From positions 1 through 64,000 of the forward strand of contig JAUCBJ010007841.1 of NCBI GenBank assembly GCA_032718475.1: 64,000 bases of DNA. The letters are read 5' to 3'. This document shows positions 51,981-63,739 of the stretch, piece after piece (position 1 is the first letter of the stretch; each line of letters opens with the position of its first letter). This DNA is from Nemertoderma westbladi (taxonomy: Eukaryota > Animalia > Xenacoelomorpha). The translations under genes were made by a program, and so were the position numbers. Below the pieces are notes generated by a model. That model saw only the letters and a list, made by a program, of their open reading frames with translations. It had not been told where the DNA came from and made no database searches.

Positions 51981-54900
51981 GCGAGTATCCCCAGTGGCGT
52001 GCGATCGAACAGAGAGAGGCAGGTTGACGTCGCGAGAGGGCGGACGAAGCGCCGAGCCCGATCAGAAGAGGGAAGAAGAACAGTGGAGTTTAACCGGGAG
52101 GTCGATGAGAGATCTCACGAGCCGGAATACTGCACTGAAAGGAGAAGAAGAGAAGACAGCAGAAGAAGTATCGCCGCGAACGACAGGAGAGCGAGGACGG
52201 ATAGCGAGCCGTCGGTAGTTGAGATGGAAAGAGAAAGTCGGTGGGGTCGAACTTCGGGAGATTGCCGTCGTCCCGGAGAGACACGACCTGATGAGACGCG
52301 TTACGCGTCGAGAGAGGGGTACACAATGTACCGGCACGAAGACGAGAGTAGTAGGGGGGGTCAAAGAGGAACTTTCCGACGGGATATACCTACAGATCGA
52401 GAGTACGGTAGCCGCGGGGAGGATTATTCGAGAAGAATAAACTTCGATCCCTAGCAACACATACAGACTGTAGGACATACTGTAGGCCTTACTGCACATA
52501 CCATAGGCCATGCTGACAGGAATAACGTAGACGATAGGATAGTGCGGATGACGGAATTAAACCCGGAAGTCGCGGAGTACATACCGGCAGGTAGGCCAGA
52601 AGTTGATAGGCCTATACCGGTACCAGTACAGCAGTATGACTACAGCATGCAAGGACATAACATATACCCAGGGGAGGGGGGAATTATTGCGGATAGATGC
52701 ATGGGCCCCAATATATTAACATCAACCCCAGTACCAAACATACCGGTGGGGGGGGGGGGGACAGGGTGACATTCCCCCATCGCAATATCAACAATATACC
52801 CCGATAGGAGCAAGAACAACGAGACCCTTGGATGGAAATAGGTCATGTGACACAGAAATATGGAGGGGGCCGCTACCCCCAATGATATACCCAAGCCAAA
52901 GAAAGGCAGAAAATAGGACGGGCGGACCACACCCAACAGGAGAAACTATACAACATCCATCGAATCCATTGGAAGCGCAGGCGATGGGGATGGCCACGTT
53001 GATCGATGCATTAAAAACAAGGATCGAATTACCACCCGTGGAACCATTCAAATTCGATGGGAGTAGGCCGGAAGAATATCTCCAGTTTCGGCGTATGTAT
53101 AGTAACGAAATACTAACAAAGAACTTGACGCAGGCGGAGTGCCTAAAGTATCTGCAAGTATACACAGGAGGCCCAGCATACGACATCGTGAGGCAATATC
53201 AGGGCATAGAGGGCGGCTTCACGACGGCATGGCGGGCACTGGACAGGGAATACGGGCACCCGGCCAAGATCATCAGGCAGACCCTGAGAGGCATAACATC
53301 GGGTGGCCTACAGGATAATCCCGTTAGCATTAAGACATTCGCGAACAAGGTCGAGAAGGCGCTAATCGTGTTAAAGACGCTAGACGCGCCATACGAACTC
53401 AACGCGTCCAACAACATCACCACGATAGCGCAGGCACTACCGATGTGGTTGCGCAACAAGTGGAGGAAAATCGCTTTCTCCACTCGAGATAGGAAGGGTG
53501 CGGAACCGGGTTTAGAAGAAATGTCAAGCTTCTTAAACTACGAAGCTGAACTAATAACCGACCCAGTCTATAGCGAAGATAGCCTGGGAAAGGGACCGAA
53601 GACGGATTACCATAGACCGAAACCAGAGCACAATACGTCAAACGCATTACCGAAGCTCAGGCAATCACTGCCATATGCAGCGACGCAGGGGACTGCAAGT
53701 CCACAGGTAGCCGAAGGTAAGACCACACCATGGAACGGACAGGGGAACAATAACAACACGAATAAATATAACCCCAGTACGTCCAGTAGGCCGAACCCAA
53801 ACAATAAGAATAGTAGGGACTTTGGTACAAACGCAGCTGCGATACGCAATGCACTGTATAAGGAGGGCTACGACCCAAAGAGCAAATGCCAGCTACATAC
53901 AAATGCGCTTCATCAAACCATGAACTGCAGGTACTGGCAAGCGCTACCCAGGGAAGATCAGGTAGAATATGCGGCGAGGAATGAGATCTGCTCGCGATGT
54001 GTGATGAGTGGACATAGAGCTAGGCAATGCAAGGAGACGCCGGTCAAGTTCGGTCAAAGGAAAGGCCAAACGATGGCAACGAGCACAGTAGGGACGAAGA
54101 AGAGAGGAACGGTGCTACTTGGGGTAGTACCTGTGCGAGTGATTGGAGAAGGCAATCGATCAGTAACAACACTAATGCTGGTTGATAGTGGAGCTGCCTT
54201 CACATTAGTCGAGGATTGGGTGGCCGAAGAAATAGGATTGAGAACGAGGCCAAGTAGAATGGCGGTAACAACCATCTCCAGCAAAGATGAGGTCCTGGAG
54301 ATGAGAACCGGACGGTGCACCATCGCAGCAATAGCACCAGGATGCGACTATGGGGCGAGCATCGACCCCATCCAAGTGATAGAGTCAATAAACATCAATG
54401 CCAGACGGCCAACCAACATCGAGGTCGAACAATATAAATTTCTGGATGATATCGACTTCTCAATCCCAGAGGTGGACGTTAGGAAGGTATCCATCATAGT
54501 AGGAATGGACTGCCCAACGGCCCACGAAAGAATGCAAACGGTCTTCGGCGAAGACAAGCAGTGTGACCCGGTGGCGATACTGACACCATTCGGGTGGACG
54601 CTGAGTGGCCCAATCAAGAGCAAGATACCATTTAGGATGTCGGAGACATCAGGATGCATGTTCGCGGGAACTATGCAGGAAATGAGTGATGAGAGAGCAG
54701 AGGAGCAGCTTAAAAGACTGCTCAGACAGGATTTTGAAGGATTAAAGGAGACCGGGGTCGGGACCTCGGTGGAAGACAAACAGGCTCAGCAGAGCGTAGA
54801 GGAGTCTATGAAATGCGACGAGGGGCGGTACACCATAGGAATGGTATGGAAGCTACCGAAGCTACCACTGCCCGATAATAGAGGGATGGTACTCACGAGG

Positions 54901-57900
54901 CTCCGCAAGCTGAAGCAGACACTAAAACGGAGCCCCGAGAAGAATGAGTACATCCACAGAACGATTAAGAAGTACGTCGAGAAAGGATGGGCCGTGGAGT
55001 TACCGGTCGACGAACCAAACACGGACAGGACATATTACCTGCCACTCCACGTGGCTTTAGACCCAAAGAAAGGTAAACTGCGGATGGTAGTTGACGCATC
55101 GGCAAAGACCAACGGAAAATGCTTAAACGACTATCTACTAGAAGGTCCGAACATATACAACTCAGGGATAGAGGTCCTACTTAGATTTAGAAATGGGAAA
55201 CACGCCTTCACGTGTGACATAGAAGGCATGTTCAACCAAGTCCGTGTAACGGAGGAAGATAGCGACAGTCAACGCTTCTTATGGTACAACGGTGACGAAG
55301 AACCGTCGATAATACCGACGTACAAGATGGTAGTACAGAACATGGGAGCCAAGTCGTCTTCATTTACGACGACTATGGCAGTAAGAGATACAGTGAAGGG
55401 GAAGGAGGATAGATACAGCACTAGGGCCGTCGATATGATTCGACGCGGCTTCTACGTAGACGACGGAATGGAGTCTGGAAATACGGTTAAGGAGATACTG
55501 GACACAGGGCGCGAGGTTCGCGACATCCTAAAAGGATCCGGCTTTAACCTGACCAAATTCCAATCCAGTTCGGAGGAATTTATCAAGGCGATAGGGGACG
55601 AGAGACCAGAATCGACTATGGATAATCCCACAACGGCCAAAGGGCAGGACATGGCGAACAAGAGGACAGAATCTCAACAGAAGGCACTGGGAATCGTGTG
55701 GAACAGAGAGACAGATGAACTGAAGTACCAGCTGAGCCAGGAGGGCGCAGACATCCACACAAAGAGAGGCTATGTGTCATACATAGCAAGAATATACGAT
55801 CCCCTAGGTCTAGCATCCCCACTATTAGTCACGGGGAAGCAGATACTCAAGAGAGTATACAAACTGAAGGATGAGTGGGATGTAGAGGTACCAGAGGAGA
55901 TCAAGAAACAGTGGTGTAAGTGGACAGAAGGTTTGGAGAAGATGGGAACATACAACATGCCGCGAGTGTATTTCCCGGATGGGAACATGACGAATCTGGA
56001 CTTACACATGTTCTCCGATGCGTCGTTGGAGGCGTACGGAGCGGCACTCTATTTAGTACAACGAGAGGGGGCTCACAAGCCCAGACTGGCCTTTAGCAAA
56101 GCTAAGTCAACGCCGCCAGATTCAGCATCAGTTCCCAAACTAGAATTGACAGCTGCCAGACTAGGAGTTAGGGCCACAGCCTACCTAGTGGATACTATTC
56201 CCAACATAGTGGAGACACACTACTGGACGGATTCCATGGTAGTGCTTGGTTGGCTACATAACGAAAGGACGAGATACCCTATATTCGTCGCGAATAGGGT
56301 GGACGAGATAAGGGCGACCACAGAATTGGAAAGGTGGCACTACTGCCCAACGGACGAGAACCCAGCGGACTTGTTATCAAGGGGCGTGGCACGCCACACT
56401 TTCTTAAAAAAGGAAGGATTGTGGCAACACGGGCCGCAGTTTCTGAGCGACAAGGAGGCCTGGCCGCCGATGAGAAAGGTGGACCCGGGCTCAGGAGAGG
56501 TAGTGTCAGAAGGAGAAGAGGGAGATTCAGAGGGAGAAGAGATATACTCCCAGATGGTGAGGGAGATAAGGGACGTGCAACCTAAACCAGAAGAACTGTG
56601 CGATAACCCGACGGATAAACTCCTCAGCTACAGCTCTAGTTGGTATAAGACCAAGAAATTAGTGGCGTACTGGAGAGCCTTCGGGAATTTCCTCGCGGGA
56701 GTTGGCAAAGGCAAGAAGATCAGGACAACCATAGATCTGGAAGGAGCGGCCAAAGCAGTCATCCGCTATGAACAACGGAAGAGCTATGGCGACGAGGTGG
56801 AACGCGTCGGTAAACAACAGCACCTTCGACGGGACAGCGAGCTGATCACGCTGTCGCCACAACTTAATGACGACGGGATTCTAGTAATGAATTCCAGGGT
56901 GGGATACAACAACAGCATAGTCGTACCACCGAAACCCATCATCATTCCCACAGGATCGCCAATAGTCCACCAGATTATCTGGGACTCCCACAAGTCGATA
57001 TTGCACGGGGGCACCAACCGAACCCTTACGGAGATACGGAGGACCTTTTGGGTCAAGCAGTTGAGGAAGAAGGTAAAAGCGGTAGTGGGGCAGTGCCAGA
57101 CCTGCCGACGAGCGAAGAAGGAGCGAGCCATACAAGAGATGGCACCACTACCAGCGAGTAGAGTAAGACAGCACGACCCTCCATTTACACATTGCGGTGT
57201 GGACATGTTCGGGCCGATAAAGATCAAGGTGATGCGGCACACGGAGAAACGCTACGGTATTATCTTCGTATGTAACAACACGCGGGCGGTAGGGATAGAA
57301 CTCGCCCAAGATGCAACCGCATCAGCATTTATTAATGCATTAGAAAGGTTCAGAGACCGCAAAGGTGGGACGATCGCAGTAATGTACTCCGACAGCGGAA
57401 CCAACTTTGTGGGAGCAGAGAACGAGATGGCAGAGGCCTTGGACATCTTGGAAGGGGAGGAAGTCAGGGCGGCCATGAGACGACGACAAGTAAAGTGGGA
57501 GAGAAGGACGCCGTATGCACCACATACACTAGGATGCGTCGAGAGACTGGTGGGCAGTTCGAAGCGTCTCATGACGAAGTTAATGAACACCCACATGGTC
57601 ACCGAGGACGTCTTGAGAACAGTGCTTGCGAAGTGCGAGGGTATCATTAATAGCAGACCGCTATATCCGGAGAATGATGACCCTGAGTCATTAGATGTGC
57701 TGACGACCAGCCATTTTCTAATGGAAAGGCCAGCGACCATCGATATGCGGGGTGTAGACCCAGATGACATTCACTCCCGCCAGAGTTGGAAGGTCGCTAA
57801 AGCGATAAGCGCAGAATACTGGAGAAGGTGGGTTGAGGAATACCTACCCCGCTTCACAAAAGAAGCAAGTGGAGGAAGTCGAATAGGGAGTTAAGAGAGG

Positions 57901-58097
57901 GCGATCTCGTAATCGTCACGGATAATACCATCATCAACAACCAGTGGCGGTTGGCGAGAGTTGTAGGCACTTACTCCGATGAGGACGGAAGAGTCCGATC
58001 GGTAGAAGTGCGGATAGGGGGCAAGATAGGTGCGAAAGACAGAAAAACCTACAGGAGAGCTGTAGGGAAATGCTGTCTATTAGAAGGGGCACCTTAG
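51981..58097 (+). pseudogene. Bel/Pao gag-pol, part 2 (Gag, zinc knuckles, PR, RT, RNase H, IN)
   Basis: Resumes ASIPSG; TAG at 52452; poly-G frameshift near 52750; 1688-aa ORF 52828..57894 with FDG..EEY..F, LVDSG, FYVDD, FSDAS..AYGA, GVDMFGP, SDSGTNF; one-base frameshift near 57860 restores KRSKW...GDLV...WRLARV...DGRVRSV, ending TAG 58097. Confidence 0.93.
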
Positions 58098-58204
58098 ATC
58101 GTTTGTTAGAAAGGAGTTTAGTCGTCCAAGTTTTGGACTGAGGGGGGTGGGATAGAGGGCGAGACGCCCTTCCCACACATAAAATAAAAATAAAATAAAT
58201 AAAA

Positions 58205-58880
58205 ATTAGAGTTAGTTAGTTAGTTAGGAGTTAGCTACAAGGTACGTAGTACCTAGAGCTAGTTAGTTAGTTAAGAGTCAGTTAGAAGGTACGTAGTACC
58301 TAGAGCTAGTTAGTTAGTTAGGAGTTAGTTAGAAGGTACGTAGTACCTAGAGTTAGTTAGTTAGTTAGATAGGAGGTACGTAGTACCGAGAGTTAGGAGT
58401 CAGTTAGTTAGAGGTGTTAGAGAAGTAGTAAGAGGGTACGTAGTACCGGTGGTTAGTAGAGTTAGAGGTTAGTAAGAGGGTACGTAGTACCGGTTAGTAA
58501 GAGTAGAGTTAGAGTAGTTAGTTAGAGGGTACGTAGTACCGGTGGTTAGTAGAGTTAGAGGTTAGTAAGAGGGTACATAGTACCGGTTAGTAAGAGTAGA
58601 GTTAGAGTAGTTAGTTAGAGGGTACGTAGTACCGTTGGTTAGTAGAGAAGGTTAGTGGAGTTAGAGGTTAGTAAGAGGGTACGTAGTACCAGTTAGTAAG
58701 AGTAGAGTTGGAAGTTAGTAAGAGGGTACGTAGTACCGATAGTTAGTGGAGTCAGAGAGTAGTAAGAGGGTACGTAGTACCGCTAGTTAGTTAGAGGTTA
58801 GTAAGAGGGTACGTAGTACCAATTAGTAAGAGATAGAGGTAGAAGGGTATACATAGTATAGATATTAGTCAGTAGTTAGT
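58205..58880 (+). repeat. Tandem array of GGTACGTAGTACC with (AGTT)n/UAG-rich linkers
   Basis: About 13 copies of the core between the pol stop and the accessory ORF. Confidence 0.9.
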
Positions 58881-59303
58881 AGCGAGAGGGGGGCATATGA
58901 GTACAGTTGGATAGATCGTGTAGGCCACGCGACATATACTGCTGTACTGCACAGGCCCATAGAGTAGGTCAGAATGTGGATTATGAAATAGAATAATCCA
59001 TAAACAGTAAAGTAGTAGAATTAAGTTAAATCAAAATAAATAGAATAAATAGGGCTAAAAATTACAAATTATGGTAACAACAGGGAAGTTGTTCTGGAAC
59101 ATAATTAAAGCAACGGACAGAAATTGCAAATAGGGTACATTTGTTAGCTACAAAATTAAGTAATAGAAATTTAGGCTAAAAGGCGTAGTTAGATAGGAAA
59201 TAGGCCATTCTCGAACTGTGCAGACCATCAGAAACTTATCACTCATCTGTATTGCGCCTTGGTAAGGCACCACCTTACAGGTGAGCGAGTGAGAGTGTTT
59301 GGA

Positions 59304-61861
59304 ATGGCGGGAAAACTGATCAGAAAGAGAAAGGCGGAACAAGGAGGAAAGGAGATACTGGTGGATTTCACCAAGAGGCATCCGGAAGTGAAGACGAGAG
59401 GATACTACGAGAGGTTGGGAAAGGGTCACGCGGCACGGGCGCTGCAGGACCACTTCCGGGAGATGCACGAACAGCGGCTGGTCGGGACCTACGGGACGCC
59501 GTCGCTGGACAACGCGATCTTCCAACACTTCCACTACGTGGTGAAGGGGGACGAGGCGAAGTTCGGGATTCCGAAGTACCCGAGGGAGTCGCCGAAGAAG
59601 GATTGGAAGAGGTTTATAGAGTCCGTCAACAGGGGAGGATATATGATCCTAGACGACGAGGGAACCGTGGAAGACGAGGAGGGTTCGAGACGAGGATCAG
59701 CGGGGTCGGCCAGGACCATACTCCTACATTTGGCCGCGCCAAATGGGGACATTTTCTTATTCAACCTAGGAACGTACGGGAGAAAGGACGGGCCAAAATT
59801 AAACCGGTTGCCGAAAGCGTGCAAGTCCTGGTAAGAGAGAAGTCGACGACGAAAGTGGGATCGGCGATTCGCAAGGACGCGGAGAGAATCATCGGTCCGG
59901 ACGCCACCAACCTCCTGGATATGCAGAAGGTCTTCATGGCTATGACAGCACCAGATGGGTTGGGAGTAGTCGGGAACACAGGCCAATGCGGGCCGGTGGC
60001 AATGGGCCAGCTATTGGGGCTCGTATGCCACAAACCGATGGACTAGGGGAAGTTCAGGGAGGAATACGGTGCAGAACTAGCGAACTCGCTAAAGTGGGGA
60101 GCGAGACCGGGAAAGCAAGAGGTGTATCAATTCCGAAGAGAAGCGATAAAGGTATATCAGAAGCGATATATCCTGCAGGAAGATTGGATAATGATAAGTT
60201 TGCTTAACTTATTCATGACCGTGGTTATCGAGAGGGAACCAGCGGCATTTCTGTTATCGGGATCACCCCTAAGCTACAGGAGAGCCTTTAAGACGGCCTT
60301 CGACGGTCTGGTAGACCACCCGGGGCTGAAGGGCGAGTCGGTGTACTACAACAGCCGACATCTGATAGACGGGGAGATAGATACGCCGTATCAGAGATGG
60401 GAGCAGCTAGAGACAGATAGACGAGAGGCAAAGCGACTGGAAGAAGTCGCGAGACGGAAAAGGATAGAAGCAGAGGAGAGGGAGGAGGAGGCCAGGACGC
60501 AGAGTTACGGCTTCGAGGAACAGGCAGGCTTAGACGAACTTCGTTGGACTTCATCAGGGAGTTCGGGGGAGTCTCTAGGGCGAGAACTGGGATGGACGGT
60601 GGGATCGCCGAAACAGTCGACGTCGGGGTTGCAAGCGATGCCCATACCAGCGGGCGCCGAAGGCGACCAACCGCTAAGGAAGTTTGGGGAGCTAGAGGGA
60701 TGGAGAGCTACGGGCGAGAGCCAAGGCGGGAAGGGACATAGTGGATCCATCGGGATACCGGGGTTGGAGCCACTGCCAGAGGAGGACGAAGACGACGACG
60801 AGTTCGGAGAGATACCGCCCATCGAGAGGATTGGCCACTCGGACACGGACTGGGTTGGCGGGAGGGTGGTGACGGCCAGTGGGGCGAGGGCCTTCTGGGA
60901 TAGACCAGGCAAGCGGGCCTGGGTGCACGAGGAGCCGGCAATGGATTTCGCGGGGAGCACTATCAGGTTGGGCGAGCAACCGGGGACGGCACCACGGGTA
61001 GTATTCGGGGAGACGATGCCCGAGAGGGGCGAGGAGATCGACGTAGACAGGGACACTAACGTGGAGAAGTTCGCCTACCAGCGACTCCACAGACCGCGGA
61101 GATCGCTTGGGACGAAAGACGACGTGGGCGGGAGACATTGGTACTCGGTTGCGATGGATTACTGTGGGAGACAGACCCACCAGGAAAGGAGGTGTTTGTA
61201 CCGATTCCAAAAGGGGACCTTTTGTCTCTACTGCCGCGAGTCGAGCCACAGGATGGGGGCGTGTCCACAGTTGCATAACCGATGTCCGAAGTGTAACTTC
61301 CAGGGACACTACGGACGCCAGTGCGACTGGATGGACGATGAAGAGAAGTTCAGAATCTTCGAGGAGTGAGCCGACGTCGGGGCCATGACGCGGCAACGCA
61401 TGAAGGCTCAGGAGTTCAAGAGGGGTTTCTTCCTTATCAATCAGGAGGCTCACTTGGAAATCATAAAGCGGAGGTTACCGTTTACCTATCAAGAGGTAGC
61501 AACGGCGGCGTCGTATGCCGGGGTGATAAATACACAGAGGTATTTGGACAGGTGGACGCCACAGAACCGAGGGGAGTTTAGGGATTTCTTGGCGGAGCAC
61601 GTGCCGCGAGCAATGAAGATGATCTTATGGGACGCCACCAGGGGGAGACAACAGGGCCACTCGGAGGGGCCACCCGCGAAGCGATATCGGGAGCTGATAA
61701 CACCAGCACCCAAGGAGCCAACGACCGGGATCAGTAAGGAGGTGGCGGCGAGGGTCCGAAGACAGAAAGCGGATCCCAGAGGAGCGGTAGTGACCAGGAA
61801 ACGACCCAGGGAGGAGGACGGCAAAGGGAAAGACTTGAGGTGGTTCCCAAAGTCAGGGTGA
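59304..61861 (+). pseudogene. Bel/Pao accessory ORF: DEDDy-like 3'-5' exonuclease plus CCHC zinc knuckles
   Basis: ATG 59304 after acceptor-like cacccttacag; one frameshift (~59812) and in-frame stops (60044, 61367) link ORFs 59259, 59603, 60122 and 61385; exonuclease motifs and two CX2CX4HX4C knuckles. Confidence 0.75.
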
Positions 61862-62113
61862 GAACAGAGTGGGGCTAAAGTGGCGAAAGTGTTGGGGAAA
61901 CAAAAGTCGTGTGAGAGGAGCGCACGATCGGCCCGACATGGGACGCCAGGTGAACCGGGTAGCATTATCATACCCATAGTGAGCGGCCTGGAAAGCTGGC
62001 TCCGAGAGAAAATAGTTCCACCCCACACCCGATGCTAGATCGGGATCCAGCGGAATTGTAGCGCACTTTAGGAGGATGCTATCTTCTCACCGGGAAGATA
62101 GCATGGGGGGGAG

Positions 62114-62623
62114 TGTTAGCTTATCCAATTCCGCTAACACAAACCCATAAAGTAAGCCGTTAAGCAATATTGGGGGCCACGAGGTTGATTACCCAATCTC
62201 GTGCCACCCCAATAAAATGGGAAGGAGAAACACACAATAAGGGTCAGGGGCCACACCCCTGACCGGGAGAGAATAGCAGGAGTGAGGGAAACACTCCAAA
62301 GGGCGCCAACAGGGATATCAGCCAATGGGAGGGAGGCACCGGCTAGGTACAGTAACAAGGCCAACCCGTGCAATATAACCAGTTAACGGTAATCAGTTAT
62401 TTCAGTTATCTCATTGTGTTGGTCGGTTTAGCTAGGATAGGACCGGAACTTTAATTACCGTTGCGTAACCACTGTGCAGACATCTTATTCTATATCTATA
62501 CTATTATACCGGAGGACTTTATACAGCAATCAACAATTATCCACCTTTTACACACACACAGCGGGAACGCGACGCGTAAATCAAAAACCGGATAAACCGG
62601 GATCCTTTGTGGATCCCGTCACA
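62114..62623 (+). repeat. Bel/Pao 3' LTR
   Basis: Matches 42297-42806. Confidence 0.97.
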
Positions 62624-63739
62624 TTGATGATGACTTAGGAGTACTCTCAGAATCACTAGAGGGAGCCCAACGGCTCCTCAGCTCATTAGAACATGCTGCT
62701 TCTAGTGTTGGTCTTTTTATTAACTCCAGAAAGACCAAAATTTTGACAGTTAACTTTGAAAGTCCTCAGCAAGTCTCTGATCGGATGAGCATAAGCTCAA
62801 AAGATGGTATGCTTGAACATGTGGATGACTTCTGTTACCTGGGATCATGGATCCGGAAGTCAGGTGAGGACCTTCGAATACGTAAGGGAAAGGCATGGGC
62901 AGCCTTGAATAGGCTTTCCAGGATTTGGAAGTCACCGAGAATTAATCGGAAACTTAAGGTCCGATTATTTAGAGCAGCAGTAGTTCCAGTACTCCTCTAT
63001 GGGAGTCCATGCTGGGCTCTAACTGCTGAGGACACAAAATCTCTGGATGGCACATTCACAAGAATGCTACGCCGGGTTCATTGTGTCAAGTACAATTCAC
63101 ACATCTCCAACCAGACACTATATAACATTGGAGGTGTCTCATTGGTTCCCCCAAACTTGACACTAGAACAAAATCGCCTCCGCTTTGCAGGACATTACTT
63201 TCGCCGTGAGGACCAGCCAGTACATAATCTTGTACTTTGGCAGCCTCATGGAGTGAATAAGCATGGTGGACAGCCCATGACTTTCTTGAGACGCATCTTA
63301 AAGAACGCTGGCCTTGGAGATGCGGATGATCTAGCAAATGTCATGGGTGATGGGGAGTTGTGGCGGTGCAATTTTGTCGATAAGCCGGCACAGCATTCTT
63401 AAAAATGCAGCTGCAATGCAGCATGCCGATCCTAATAGTAGTAGTACTTTTCGCAGAACCCCCTTTTCGAAGAATCCCTGGTGGAATGTCCTTTCTGATA
63501 TAAATAAATGAATTGGAGTTGAGCTGTTAATGCAACTGTAATTAAAGGTGTTATATTATGGTTTTGTTCAGAAATGGAAAAAATGAGAAAGAGCGTCACC
63601 GGGGATTGAACCAGCGCTATACGTACGTTTCACCCTATCAGGCCTCTTCAGTAGCGCTAACCAGTTCAGCCACTTGTCCCTGACATTCACTTTGTGACGC
63701 GCTTTCTCATTTTTTCCATTTCTGAACAAAACCATAATA

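Larger units (their letters stand above)
42297..62623 (+). mobile_element. Bel/Pao LTR retrotransposon (about 12.8 kb without the nested Gypsy)
   Basis: Two 510-bp LTRs, 5-bp TSD TTGAT (42292-42296, 62624-62628), PPT gggggggag at 62105-62113, gag-PR-RT-RH-IN polyprotein. Confidence 0.97.
42201..63446 (+). mobile_element. 5'-truncated RTE LINE interrupted by the Bel/Pao element
   Basis: 42201-42296 (GSRSRGSPAKYLTDLDID) joins 62629 onward (DDLGVLSESL..., ORF 62743..63402 YLGSWI, RLRFAGH); (TAG)n tail near 63436-63445. Confidence 0.85.

Noticed and set aside
52788-57770. Numerous minus-strand ORFs over Bel/Pao pol
   Set aside because: Antisense shadows of a purine-biased coding strand.
59304-61861. 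env gene
   Set aside because: No signal peptide, transmembrane segment or fusion-protein Cys pattern visible.
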